Below, in pieces: positions 37,186 to 49,261 of a stretch of DNA of 64,000 nucleotides. A program made the translations under genes and the position numbers. The DNA comes from Lama glama. Its lineage: Eukaryota. Position 1 is the first letter of the stretch. The number at the start of each line of letters is the position of its first letter. Location of the stretch: assembly GCA_028534125.1 (NCBI GenBank), contig CM052816.1:39310001-39374000 (forward strand). Reading direction: 5' to 3'. The notes beneath the pieces were generated by a model. That model searched no databases, was not told where the DNA came from, and worked only from the letters and a program-made list of their open reading frames with translations.

Positions 37186-40057
37186 CTCTCGTTTGTTTTT
37201 TAAAAGAACCATGTTAGAACTATGATTGAAAATGCTAATAAAATTTTCCTATGTGGAAGACTAAACCATGGGTCTGTATTTGTCAAATTATTTCTAAGAA
37301 TTATTTAAAAATTATGTCCATGACCTCAGACTTGGAGAAAAGTCAAACATCATCCCTGTAGGTGCTTTGACTTTGCTGTGGGATCTGCTGTGACGTTTTA
37401 AGGGTTAGCATTTTGGGAGGCTGTGATGCTGAGCCCATCGGCAGGAAAGTAAGAAGTGAACGTGGAATGAAGATTATCCAGAGTACTCCACAGGCATGTT
37501 GTCGCTTGTGGTAGATTTATTTATTTGTTTTATTTCTAAACTCAATTTAGCTCTAACAAAAGTACTTCCAAATGTCTATATTCCGACACCCGATTTTCAT
37601 GAGAGATCACAGGACAGTAAACATGCTGACAGTGGTTTTTGGGCTTGCTGTGATTCAGAGAAATGATTATCATTGAATTTCAGAGGAAATGAGAAAATAA
37701 CTTGTAGCATATAAAATATTTTTAGGATATACTGCTGTAATCATGTTACGCACAAACATGTTCTCACTTAAATTTGGGTGATCTGTATATTGTTTATAGC
37801 TTGAAAGTATGTGTAGTATTTTTTGCTATAAAGGTTTCTAAATGCTTTTTGAAAATTCTATAAGTACTTTCTACAAAGCTTTTAGTAATCAAGCACTGAC
37901 TTAAAGGTTAGAAAAGAGACTATAAATCTGTTACTATGCTTCATCTGAGCTTCTCTAAAACCATGGCCTCTGGGCACTTAATTTGTTAGTGTAAATCATG
38001 GTAATGATGAAAGGCTCTCTATCCCCTAGTCTCCCTGATTTGAAACAAGTCTGTATTACTGGTACATGCTTTATGTTACTACTATTGAATAGAACCTGGG
38101 CTTGTATTCTGTCAGAATTACATTTCTGGTTACTAATTGTTTTCCTTTTCATGGGAATTTCTGTCAGCTCTTATTTAAATGGAATTTGTGAGAATATCCA
38201 GGAAGTGGTGAATTCTAATTGCTATTTCAGTGACACCATTAGTTTTTCTAGATGTGCAAATACTGTACTAGTAGTAGTATTGATAAAGCCGACCCTGCTT
38301 TTGAAACCAAATTACAAGAGGAATTTAAGAATCTGCAGGACTTTTAAACATTGTAGAAAAGTAGCTTCTTTGCAAGGAGTGTATATGTCCAATGTACAGT
38401 GTGTATATTTAAATTCACATTTGATTGTTTAGAGACTGTCTCTGCTTTAGGTGAGCTGTCACACAACGATATGATATAAGTCACTGGTGGAGAGCTTATC
38501 CATTCACTTAAGTTGCCAAATTGTTGAGGGATTACAGCAGCAATATCTGGTGAGAGCAGTTATTAAATTCTCCAAAGGCTGTTTTAAATAAGCCAAAACA
38601 ACTTTTTCCCCCATGGGAAACACAGAAGTATTAATGGGAAGTAGGACAGATTACTTCTGTGGAGTCTCTCCAGTTCAAGGAAATCAACACCCATTCTTTC
38701 CTCCTTTTTGGGAAAGGGAAAAATGTACATTAGTGGTTCTCTTCTCCAAAGTTAAGGAAATGGGGACGGGAAAAAAACTCTTCATAAAACTTGTCCATAT
38801 ATGTAAGATGGGGAGACCTACCTCTGCTCTGCTGCGTGTCTGCTTGGTAATTGGGTTGCATAGGGTAGTTGCTTGTGGTTGTCAGTCTAGCTCAGTGATG
38901 ATATCAATGTAAGGAAGAAAGCAAACTTTTCTTGGGCAGGCACTCCAATAGATACTGTTCCTCCTTTGCCTCTTGCCCATTCTGATACTAGGGCCTAAGG
39001 CCATTTAAGATGGATGGAGAGATGAGAGATAACACAATATACCTTTATAGCACAAATTTAGCCCATATGAGAGATGTACACGTTTTTAAACAGACATGTT
39101 AAAAATTTCAAAAATACTTAGAAATACATCTTAATAACATATTCTACTATTTTCATAGCTGAAAGTGCCAGAACTTTGGTAGAATTAGCCCAAGATATCA
39201 TAAAGGGACCTTTCTATCTAGTGGCAAAGGAGAGTTTGCCAACTTAGTTGGCTGTGTTACATAGGAAAGGAGGATAATTTCAGGCTTGTGTACCAACAAG
39301 TTGACATATTACCATTGGATGTGTTGACCTGTGCCATTCTGGCTTAGATGGCCAATGACCTTCCCATTTGTCAGTTCATTCTAGATGTATAATTAAAATC
39401 GGTGATTTAATGAATGGAAGGATTTCTGTACTGTAATGAGTTTGTTTCATAGTAATTTTAATTAGATTTTGTTCATATGGATAAAATTTAGATTGGAATA
39501 AAGGTTTTTACCATGAAATAAAGAAAATACTGGAATCACAGTAAATTAACTAGGAAAGTACATGTTAGAAATGTTTTATGCTGATGCTGCCCGTCTCCCT
39601 TTTGCAAAGGCAGGGAGACAGTCAGCACTCTGCACAACAGATGCAGCTGAGACCATTGCATTTGTTCCAATTATATGAAAACACATTTTTAAAAACTTGA
39701 AAATCCTGTACGATACATACTGTCAAGAAGAGGCCACTTGAGAGTGATTGTCTTTACCGACCATGATTAGGGTCAAATATTTGAAAAGAAATATAAAAAA
39801 ATCTCTTCGTGCTGCAAATTTATGAACTTGAGTTTTTAGGTGCTTTCTTTTCCTTTTGGTTTGATACCATATGTGACATAATCAGAGGAATGTGCCTTAG
39901 ACCCTGTGTTCTGTTACTGGTCATATTCAGTCTATACGTTGGTGGGGCCAGAGGTAGAGGTTTTGGGGCCACAAAATTGGACAGATTTAGTTGGATTTTC
40001 AGTAGATATGATCTGATCAAACTGTAATAAAGGAGTATGGCATGTTACAAAGGATTC

Positions 40058-40502
40058 TGTAGTAGATTGTATCATTATGACCAATTATTTGTCTTTCCAC
40101 GTAAGAGTCTTGTTCATCTTTGCTCTTGCTATGCCTTCCTGTAGGTAAAGTAGAGGATGTTTCCCTGCCCTGTTGTCAGGCTAAGGCAGATGACTTGCTT
40201 CTCCAGTGGACTGTGAGTGGATTCAGGCAAAAACTTTGAATGTGACTCTGTAGTTGCTTTATTCTCGCTCTCGCTCTCCCCCCCCTCTTTTTTTCCCCCT
40301 CATCAACAAGAGACCAGCATGTGCCCGAGAAGGGCTGCCCTTCTGCCTAATCCTGCAGTTGGGAGAGAGAGCGAGCCCATCAGTGTCCTACTCACTTCAG
40401 TCCTGTTGTCAATCTGCAGCTCTGTGAGAGAGGAATGCATTTTGTGGTTGGGAGCCACTAAGACTGTGAGCTTTGTTTCTGCAACCAAAGCTAATAAATG
40501 TA
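40058..40502 (+). mobile_element. MaLR solo LTR (MLT1H/I-like)
   Basis: Starts tgtagtagattgtat, has atgacttgcttt..ccagtgga.tgtgagtgga and ends agccactaagact...gcaaccaaagctaat. Confidence 0.8.
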
Positions 40503-40699
40503 GAAGGTGAGACAATAACAGTCAGTTCCGGGGAGTCTGTAAATTTGCTTGACAGGGATTAGGTTTCGGGGGAAAATTACGAGCATCTTGAATGAAGAGT
40601 GAACGAGCATAGGTGTTCTGACCTTAGGGAAGAGTAAAATGGCAAAGGGATTTAGTTGGCGTGAGAATACAAAGTGAGATGCTAATGCAGTGGCACTTT

Positions 40700-41310
40700 A
40701 TTGATTTATTTGTAAACTATTTGTGGAGCACCTTTAATCAATCAAGCATTGTACTGGGGACTGAAAAAGTAAGGTTATAGTGCTCACTTTAAAGAAACTC
40801 ACAATCTAGAAAACATTTTAGCAAAGAGCAAGTATGCAAAAGGATGACTCAAGCACAGATATGAGAAAAGTGAAACTGTGTTAGGGGCTTGTGGAGCCTT
40901 TCCTAAACTAGGTAATACCTGAGCTGAGTGTTGAAAGGTGAATAACAGTTTTATAGGCAGAAAGGAAAGTGGGAAGGTATTACAGGCTTACAGAAGAATA
41001 ACTGTTGTCTGGAACAAACTATAAGCTGTTCACAAACAGTTTGGCTGGAGCATTCAGTGTTAGCTTAGAATGCTTGGAGTGAAGAGATGAAAATGAACAG
41101 TTAGGGGTCAAACCAAGGGGAGCCTTTCATGCCGAACCAAATAACTTGGCATTTACTCTCAGTAATAAAACTTCGTTGGGAAAGATTTTAATCAGGGGAG
41201 ACAAATGGTCTGATTTTCATTTTAGAATGGTCACTTTGGTAGCTCTTAAAGAGTCAGTTGAAAAGGGTCAAGGTTAGAACCAGGGGGGTTAATTAGGAAG
41301 TCATTCCAAT
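40700..41310 (-). mobile_element. LINE-2 fragment
   Basis: aaactatttgtggagcacct...aagcattgtactgggg; cctgagctgagtgttgaaagg; ttttagaatggtcactttgg. Confidence 0.75.
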
Positions 41311-43589
41311 AGTTTTTATAATTATTTATTATAATCGAGTGGAATCAAGTTTTACATATAACTTAAATTCTAAAATGGAAAAAGTACAATTCAAATATAA
41401 GAAGTATTACTCTGGAATATTCTTCAGTTTCCTCACATATTGTAGCACAGAGCCCAACAGTAACATTTTTTGACTCTTTAAGTAGATCACTGTTGAACAT
41501 CAGATAAATAGTTGCTTTATGCATCTTTAAATCTTTACTCATACCAGCGAGATGCTTAAAACCAAGAGAAATGCATTGGAACTGACAGCAACTGAGGGAA
41601 CTATGTGGCTCTCTACTCATGCTCACAGTGGAGTCTTTGTTCACTGGGCAGATTGGAGGTTCTCCCACAATTTTTAAATTCTTCTCTGTTGTCTTCTCTT
41701 TGTTGTTCATTTTCTCAAGAGCTCACTGATTTCAGTACATACATGATGAGACCCTTTAAATGTAAGAATGAAACATTTTGATGTAGCCAGAATCTTTTCC
41801 AGCATCCAGTATTCTTTGGATCTATTCATAAATCACCTGGTTTTGAATCTTTGAGGTTTGGGAGATGTGTGGAGTTAAAAGCTTTTACTTGCTCCAGCTT
41901 TTGTCTTTTTATTGGGAAAAAAATCTTGTCTTCCCGACTCATAAATAGTGTTCAAATAAAGTCTGTCTTTACTCCTCCTGATTTGCTTTTCTCTCTTAAT
42001 CTGTGTATCGAAGTCCATAGTACTTCCCAGCTTGTGATGTGACTGTTTCATCTCATTTGATGCATACAATCACTCTTTGTGGTAGGTATGTTGTCAGTGA
42101 GAAGGTGGAGGGTCAGAGTGGTTTGTGATGATGGAGTGGGAACCAGGATCTGCATCCAGGGGTTGAATTCATGGCTTTTCAAGTTGTTGCTTCAGAGTCA
42201 ATTACACCTACACTGTGCCCATGCTAACCCTAGAAGTTTGGCGTCTGAAGGAGTTCAGAGTCACTTAACTAGTTTTAAGGCTTCTATTGGCTTCGATGAA
42301 CATTTGTGAAAATTACGAAATGGTTCTCCTTGGAGGACAGATGGGTTCCCACACAACTGTGGGTTTCCTAGCATAAAGGTGCGTGTGCACGTGTGTGTTT
42401 GTCAAAGACACAACTTCCAGCTTCCTCCCTAGAGATGTAAACATGCCAGAGCGCTGTGCCAGGTGGGTGGAATGCGGGTGAACTTGTACTCCTCACGCCT
42501 AGCTGGGTGCTCAGTGTGGGGCACAGTCTCTCTGAGCTGGAGACCTTGCCTGTCAGTGACAGAAACACTCCCAAGTAATTTGAGCCCAGCTTCCAGGCGA
42601 GAAGTTTCTATTCCTGATTTTTCTGTTTATCCCAAACATCTACTCCCCTGCCCACCTCCCCACCACATTGCTTCTAAGTTAATCCCCATCTGTCTTAATA
42701 CATCACCCAAATAAACATAATATTGTTCTTAATTTCTGTGGTATACACCCTTCTTACCGTGTCTAGCAGGCTTTGTGTTTTCTCCCACATGAGCTTTATG
42801 CTTTCTAAGGGAGCAGTAGCCAGTTTTGATAATATAATTTAAAATACATTTAAATAGGATATAGCAGTTTCCAAACATGGGAAAATGTGATTTTTGTCAT
42901 AATACGATCGAATGGAGGACTTGAGAGCTATGCACAGAAATGGTTGTGAACGCTCCTCCTTCTGGTTCATTGAACTCTTCAGCTAATTATGTCCCTTTCA
43001 CTTTCTATAAACACTTTTCTGTGTGTACCTGTTTCTGTGGGACAGATCTCTGCTCTTTTCAAAGATGGAATGTCATTCTGTGGGTTTAGAAAACGGTATA
43101 CTTGAAGGGCAGCCACATTAAAGCGGGGTCACAAATATGTCACAAATGAGCTTGTTTCTCAGATTTGCTTTCTCGTAGGAGGCTGGTAATTGCTCCTAAG
43201 CAGCAAGTTACTACTTAAGAGTCTTAAGATCACTCAGGTAGCAGTGGGGAATGAATAGACCCAGGTATGGCAAACAATAATACATGCCCCCAACAGAAAA
43301 TAATGACTGCCTTTATATTAAAAACCTCTAGCAAAGCTTTTGAACACGTGCTTCTCAACTCTGTTATGGCTCATGGTTAGGCAGGGATTCTATAAGGATA
43401 CTGCAACTCAGTTTTGCTGAATTTAATTTTGACCTTATTATTTTAAATCAAAGTACCACTGCCTTGATTATAAAAGAAATATAAATCCCAAAGACAAATG
43501 CTCAAAAATAACATACATTATGCCTGTTCATCATACAGCAGTCATACCTCTGCAAAGTAGGAGTGCAATTGAATCCTGTCATCTTGGGA

Positions 43590-44390
43590 AACAAGCTAAT
43601 ACTCTATTTTCTTTTCTTGTAATGAGAACTTCTAAGATCTATTCTCTTAGTAACTTTGAACTGTGCAGTAGTGTATTATTAACATGGTCACCATTGCTGT
43701 ACATGACATCCCCATGACATTTATTTCGTAGCTGGAAGTTTGTACCTTTTGACCACTTTAACCCACTTATCCCACCCTCCTCTCCCCACTCCACCTCTGG
43801 CAACCACCAATCTATTATCTGTTTCTGTTTTTTGTGTCTATCAGTGTGTTCGGTTTCTTTGGTTTTGTTCTTTTTTTTTCCCCCACACAGCCTTTGGATT
43901 TTCTTTCTCTGTCTGCCTCATTTCTCTTAGCCTTCAAGATCCATCCAGGTTCACAAATGGCAAGATTTCTTTTTCTTTGATGTCTTTGATGGCTAAATAA
44001 TACTCTGTTTAATAATATATTTACACCACAGTTTCTTTTTCCATTTGTCTATTGATGGACATGTAGGTTGTTTTTGTATCTTGGCTGTTGTCTGTAACCC
44101 TGCCGTCAACATGGGGGTGCAGATATCTCTTCCAGTTAGTGTTTCCCGGGGTTTTTTTTTTGAGGAGGGGTAAGTAACCAGAAATGATATTGCTGCATCA
44201 TATGGTAGTTTTATTTTAAAAATTTGGGGGGCGTCTCTATACTGTTTTCCATAGTGGCTGCACCAGTTTACATTCCCACCAACAGTGCACAAGTGTTCAC
44301 TTTTCTGTAAATCCTCACCAACACTTGTTACTTCTTGTCTTTTTGATGAGAGCCATTCTAATAGCTGTGAGGTCAGTGTTCCATTGTGGA
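43590..44390 (-). mobile_element. L1 3' fragment (ORF2 end plus 3' UTR, L1MA-like)
   Basis: ORF 43993-44292(-) reads [17 protein letters not shown]...ICTPMLTA.L.T.AK..KQP.CPSIDKW.KKLW. The 3' UTR is similar to that at 49.4-50.0 kb. Confidence 0.93.
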
Positions 44391-44899
44391 ATACTAGGCA
44401 TTTGTTGGTATTTTGATATCAGCTTGTCTCTCTTTGTACATTTAAAGAAATTTGTAAATATATTTTAAAATAGCCAGCTCTAAAGCCATTTTTATACAGA
44501 AAAATAATGAAAATGACATTGAAATACTATTCTATAAACCAGAAGAGGTTAAAAAAATGCACCTGCTTCCTAAGTATCTTTTTCTTTTTCTTTTTCTTTT
44601 TTTTTGACATTTAAAAAATCTTTAACCAGTGTTTCCAGAGTTAAGAATTGGACAGCAGAGTAAGCCTTAAGTGTCTTCTTTTAGTGCTTTCTAGGGTCCT
44701 GGGTTGTCCTATGACAAGACCAAAAGCACAGGTCCTCTGAAAAACCAGCAGCAGTGGGCAGTGTTTCCTTTCGGTCTGTAAAGAGGATGTCAAAATTAGG
44801 CAAGATCGGAGTGAACTTGAATTATTAGATGCAAATGAGGAGACTGTAGTTTGAAACATTCGTTTTAGTTAAAAAGTATAAATATTTTTCTGTGTTTTC

Positions 44900-45242
44900 A
44901 CAGTAGGCTAATTCGTAAAACATTATGAAGTAGTGAAAAATCTTCAAATTTCATGGCTTAAACCAATAATACTACACTCACTGACTGCCCTTTGACTTTC
45001 CTAGTCCAGGACATAAGGGCCACCTGCATTCTGCTAGTAGATGGGAAACATGAAGGGAGGAGTTCACGACAAGCGTGTTACAGGCCAGGCCTGGAAGCAG
45101 TATGTGCTGTTCTGCCTGGTTCCTTCCTGTCAGGCTCCCATGACTGCGTTTATAGCAAAGGAAGTTTGCAAATGTAGCCCATCTCTATGCCCAAGAAACA
45201 AAATGGAAGGTCTTTGATGAATAGCTAGCCAGGCTCTGCCAT
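44900..45242 (-). mobile_element. Old MaLR LTR fragment
   Basis: caaatttcatggcttaaaccaataa; caggccaggcctggaagcag; gcaaatgtag...atgcccaagaa...gatgaatagctagcc...ctgcca. Confidence 0.65.
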
Positions 45243-47559
45243 CCGTTACCTTCCTGATTAATGACTAAAATCAGCTAATGAATTTGGTTGCTTCTGATCC
45301 ACCCAGTTTAATAACTGAGGTTACTCAGCCTCTCTGTGTTCCAGATGTCCATAAAATTAAAACGTTTTCTGTTTAACTTGTCACACTACTAAAAACTGAA
45401 AAATCTGAGATTTGTAGGAAAAAAGTTGCAGAAGAAGGCTGATGTAGGGTCTCAGTGTGCACAGGTTATTCAAGAGTTAATTATCCAGAATCTCACCTGA
45501 TAGTACTCTTCTCACTGATTTTTCTGTTTATATCATTGTGCTTTCATGGTGATTGATCAAACATCATAGTTCGATGTGCTCATGTACGCCTGAAAGGGTA
45601 GCATTTTCTTTGATTACATATCTAACTGTAGTGATAGGAGAAAAATAATCCAAGAGACAAAACAAAAATCTAAAGGATATATGTGTCTTGTTGACATTTC
45701 AGATAAAAATTGAAGAAAATTACCTAAAGTATTTAACTTTTTATTTTCCTCTGAATTTAAAGGATTCATGTATAAATTTAATGTCAACCTTCAGTTACTT
45801 AGTAAGCAATGACTTCTTTTCTGGGAAGTCAACATCTATTGTATTAATCCTCCAATGAGAAATGTGAAAAGATTCCTCCCACCAAAGACACGCAGCCACT
45901 GCCCCTCACAGAAGCACTAGTGTTACCACCCACAAATCTTATCCTCTGATTCCTGAATTTCTCCCTTGATCGGAAAGAGACAAAGTATTCCAATTCATTT
46001 TACCCCATCAGAAGAACTCAAAATTCTGTACTTTTGTAAATATACGTGAAGTCTGATAGTCTACTGTTAGTTCTTAGATCTAAGAGCAGTTAAATCAGAT
46101 GCTTTTAAATATATTTAAGGTAAATGTGTTTCTACTAGAAAATGACAAACATCTGGGCAGAAAGCTTAAATTCTTACGATTGCAGAATAGTATGTTTTAT
46201 ATGCTAATAATACAAGTAAAAGATAATCTGCCAAATGTGAATTTTTCACTTATAGCAGTTCCCTTAGGAGAGTTCTTAACGAGAACTTAAATGGATACAC
46301 ATACAAAGAATTCAAGCATAGCCCTCCCCCAGCCTCAATATATTTTAGCCAATCTAAGGTACTTTAGAATATAAGACAATAATAAAAAGAAGTCAGAGAG
46401 GTTAGTGATGGTGGTGGTGGGTGTGGCTCTGGTAGAAAAATCTTTTGATCATTTGACTATTAAAAATTCATTTGGTTTAAAGAGAATGAAATATTTAAAA
46501 CGTCAGTGAATTTTAGATCTTCAAAAGCTAAACCACTGTAGGCAGTTATCAGAAGATGATCATTTAAAAGTGATATCATTTTGAAAGTAGGACGTACTGT
46601 TCACATTACTATCTTACATGGATTATTTCTGTACAACATGTGGGCTATTGTTGCTTATGCTCTATGTCAAAACACTGACACAAAGACTCAGTTTCAGAAA
46701 TGCAGATTTATAATCACATTTAACTCAGCTCATGAGGCACTGATTTTTCATTTCTTGGTAACTAGTCCTCACACACTGCCACTCGTAGTATGAAGTAGTT
46801 TGAATTCCATTTAACTGGATATTTAGATTTGGCTGGTAGATTTTAAATTTAAACTTGGTGGTTATACTACTTTAACCCTGATTGGCAGTTTCCATTACAA
46901 TTGCAGCTTATTTAAATGATATGGAATATTGTGGAATATATATATTATGGAAGAAAAGATGGAGAAAAAGTGGTTTGGAAATTCAATTGGTCTTTATTCT
47001 GAAAAGCATTCTTTCCTTCTTCATTAACAAATCAACAAGAAAGATGAACGTGACAAAAATCATGTTGTAATTCAGGAGGAACGTTTATTAAAACTTAAAC
47101 AATTTAACACACAGTGCAAAGTATATATAGACAACTTTGTTATAGATATGTACACTATTTTTGAATAGACTCGATTAAATACCTGAACGATAGTAGTGTT
47201 TTAATTAGTTTTACTATTATCTTGCCTGGTGGATTTCACAGGAATTTGGTTTTAATTGTGGAAGAATAATGGAGACGCCTAGAGAAAAGTTACCCTTCCC
47301 AGAAAATTGATAATAGGGTCAGAGATAGCACTCATATTACTCTCTTTATTTTAGTTTGTTTTAGAGGTGCTTGTACTAATGCTAACAGACAGGTAAACAT
47401 TTTGTACATTCAGCATTATAGTCATACTTTTTTTGAATTCCCAGGAGGTTTTTTTGTTTGCTTTCCTCGGGTTCATACAGCTGTAATTTTGGGGATACTT
47501 GATTCATTAAGAAGGTGGAGAATAGTTTGGGTTGATGTCTCTTCTGTCTGTCGCCTGCT

Positions 47560-48232
47560 TTGATATCAGCCACTGTGCCAGCTTAGACCCTGAACTTCTC
47601 ACACCCAGATTACAGAAGAGTGTATGTACCGCTTCCCTGACCTTCTTTCTATTGTAAACACTGTGAAGTCTGAATTAGCTGACTTTAAAATGCTTATCTG
47701 ATGGTCACAGACTCCTTGAACGATCTTTTAGTGACTCCTATGGATAAAGCTTCCCTTTAAAAATTAAAATTTTTTGTTTAATAAATTTAAAATGTAGTAT
47801 CCTTTTCAGGGCTTCCATGATGATGCTTCTCACACTTCTTGTCCTGAGTCTGATCACCTTACTCTCTGCACTCCTGTCACACCTGCCTAACCTCCTTGAA
47901 TTTATGAAGTTGTTCTGGGGCTTTATATAACTATTATTCTTTGTGACTAGAACCCCCTTCTTTATCTGGAGAGCTCCTGCATATACTTAAAAGCCCAACT
48001 CTAGAGACAGATTGATTCCTCCTACCCCAGGCCTCCTCTGGATCCTGTTAACAGTAATAACGGCACTGCTTCTGTTTCCTGTTCACATGCTGGTCACTGA
48101 CACCAGTATAATTTACTTCAGGACATGGAAATTGGAATTGAGGATACATTATTTGTCTTTATTATCATCAATCCACAGCTTTCCAACTCAATAAGTAGTA
48201 GGCGCTTATAAATATTTGATGAATCAATCAGT
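47560..48232 (+). mobile_element. LINE-2 fragment with 3' end
   Basis: Pyrimidine-rich body ending agtaggcgcttataaatatttgatgaatcaatca, an L2 tail. Confidence 0.7.
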
Positions 48233-49261
48233 ATAGCTTGTACAATTACCAGATTTTGGTCTGTTCAGCAGACAACCTGCCTTTATTCAAAATTATTCCA
48301 TATCAGAACAAGCCAGGTTAGATTTGAGCCTGACTAATAGGTGACCTGACTTGAACCTACTGTTTTATATCAGATACCTGAGTGGGCAGATAAGAGTCTG
48401 GAAACAGTCCTCATGAATATTCATGAAGGACCTGTGGCGTCAAAATGCAGAGGAGAAAAATAACAATAAAAATCGAGTAAGCTGAGAATCAATAATGTAC
48501 ACTTTGTATTATTAAAGCTGTTTTTATGATTTTGAGCTTCTGTTCAAATCTAATTTCATGTTTTCTGAGAAAAATACTTAACCATAATAACAGCTGGCTT
48601 CATTACATTAAGTGCAAATACTATTTGTTTGTATGTCAACTTGGCATTAGTATCTGCACTAGGTAGAGGAATTTTCAAATTATATTTGAAGAAATCCATT
48701 AAAATCAATAACGTCAATATATTGGCATTTGTGGTGAGACTTATAGAGTGGTGGGACTCACCTGATCTGTGAGGTTAGGTTAAAACCCCTGTACAGAAAA
48801 GTGTTCTGTTTTGTGAATCAGATTATCCTCCTTGGGGTATTGTTTTAAAGTCAAAGCTTGAGTTCCACATTCACATCTTGTTAATGATGTTTTTAGTTTA
48901 AGCTTGTTTCTTAAATAATGCTTTCAGTATTTCTACTAGACTCTTCAGTGCCCTTTGTGCTGGAGATTAAGTTAATCATCAGATTTCCTGGAGACTACTT
49001 CTGCTTTGACTGTAACCCTTCCCCCCACATAATGAGAACAGGATCCTTATGATGATTATTCTGGTTCTCTTTTGCATGAAGCTGTTTTGTAGGTTCTTTG
49101 AAGACCTTTCCTCTAGAGACTTCTGTATCATACTTTTCCTTTTAATAATTAATGATACCTTTGGATAGCCTCTTACATGTCCTCCTTAGTTCCCATTCCT
49201 CCATTCTTTTACAAGAGTACCTAGATCTGGAAGGAATATATCCTGGGTGGAGGCTTTTCAT

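Noticed and set aside
37998..38432. 144-aa hydrophobic ORF
   Set aside because: Hydrophobicity is expected from T-rich DNA, and I recognise no family.
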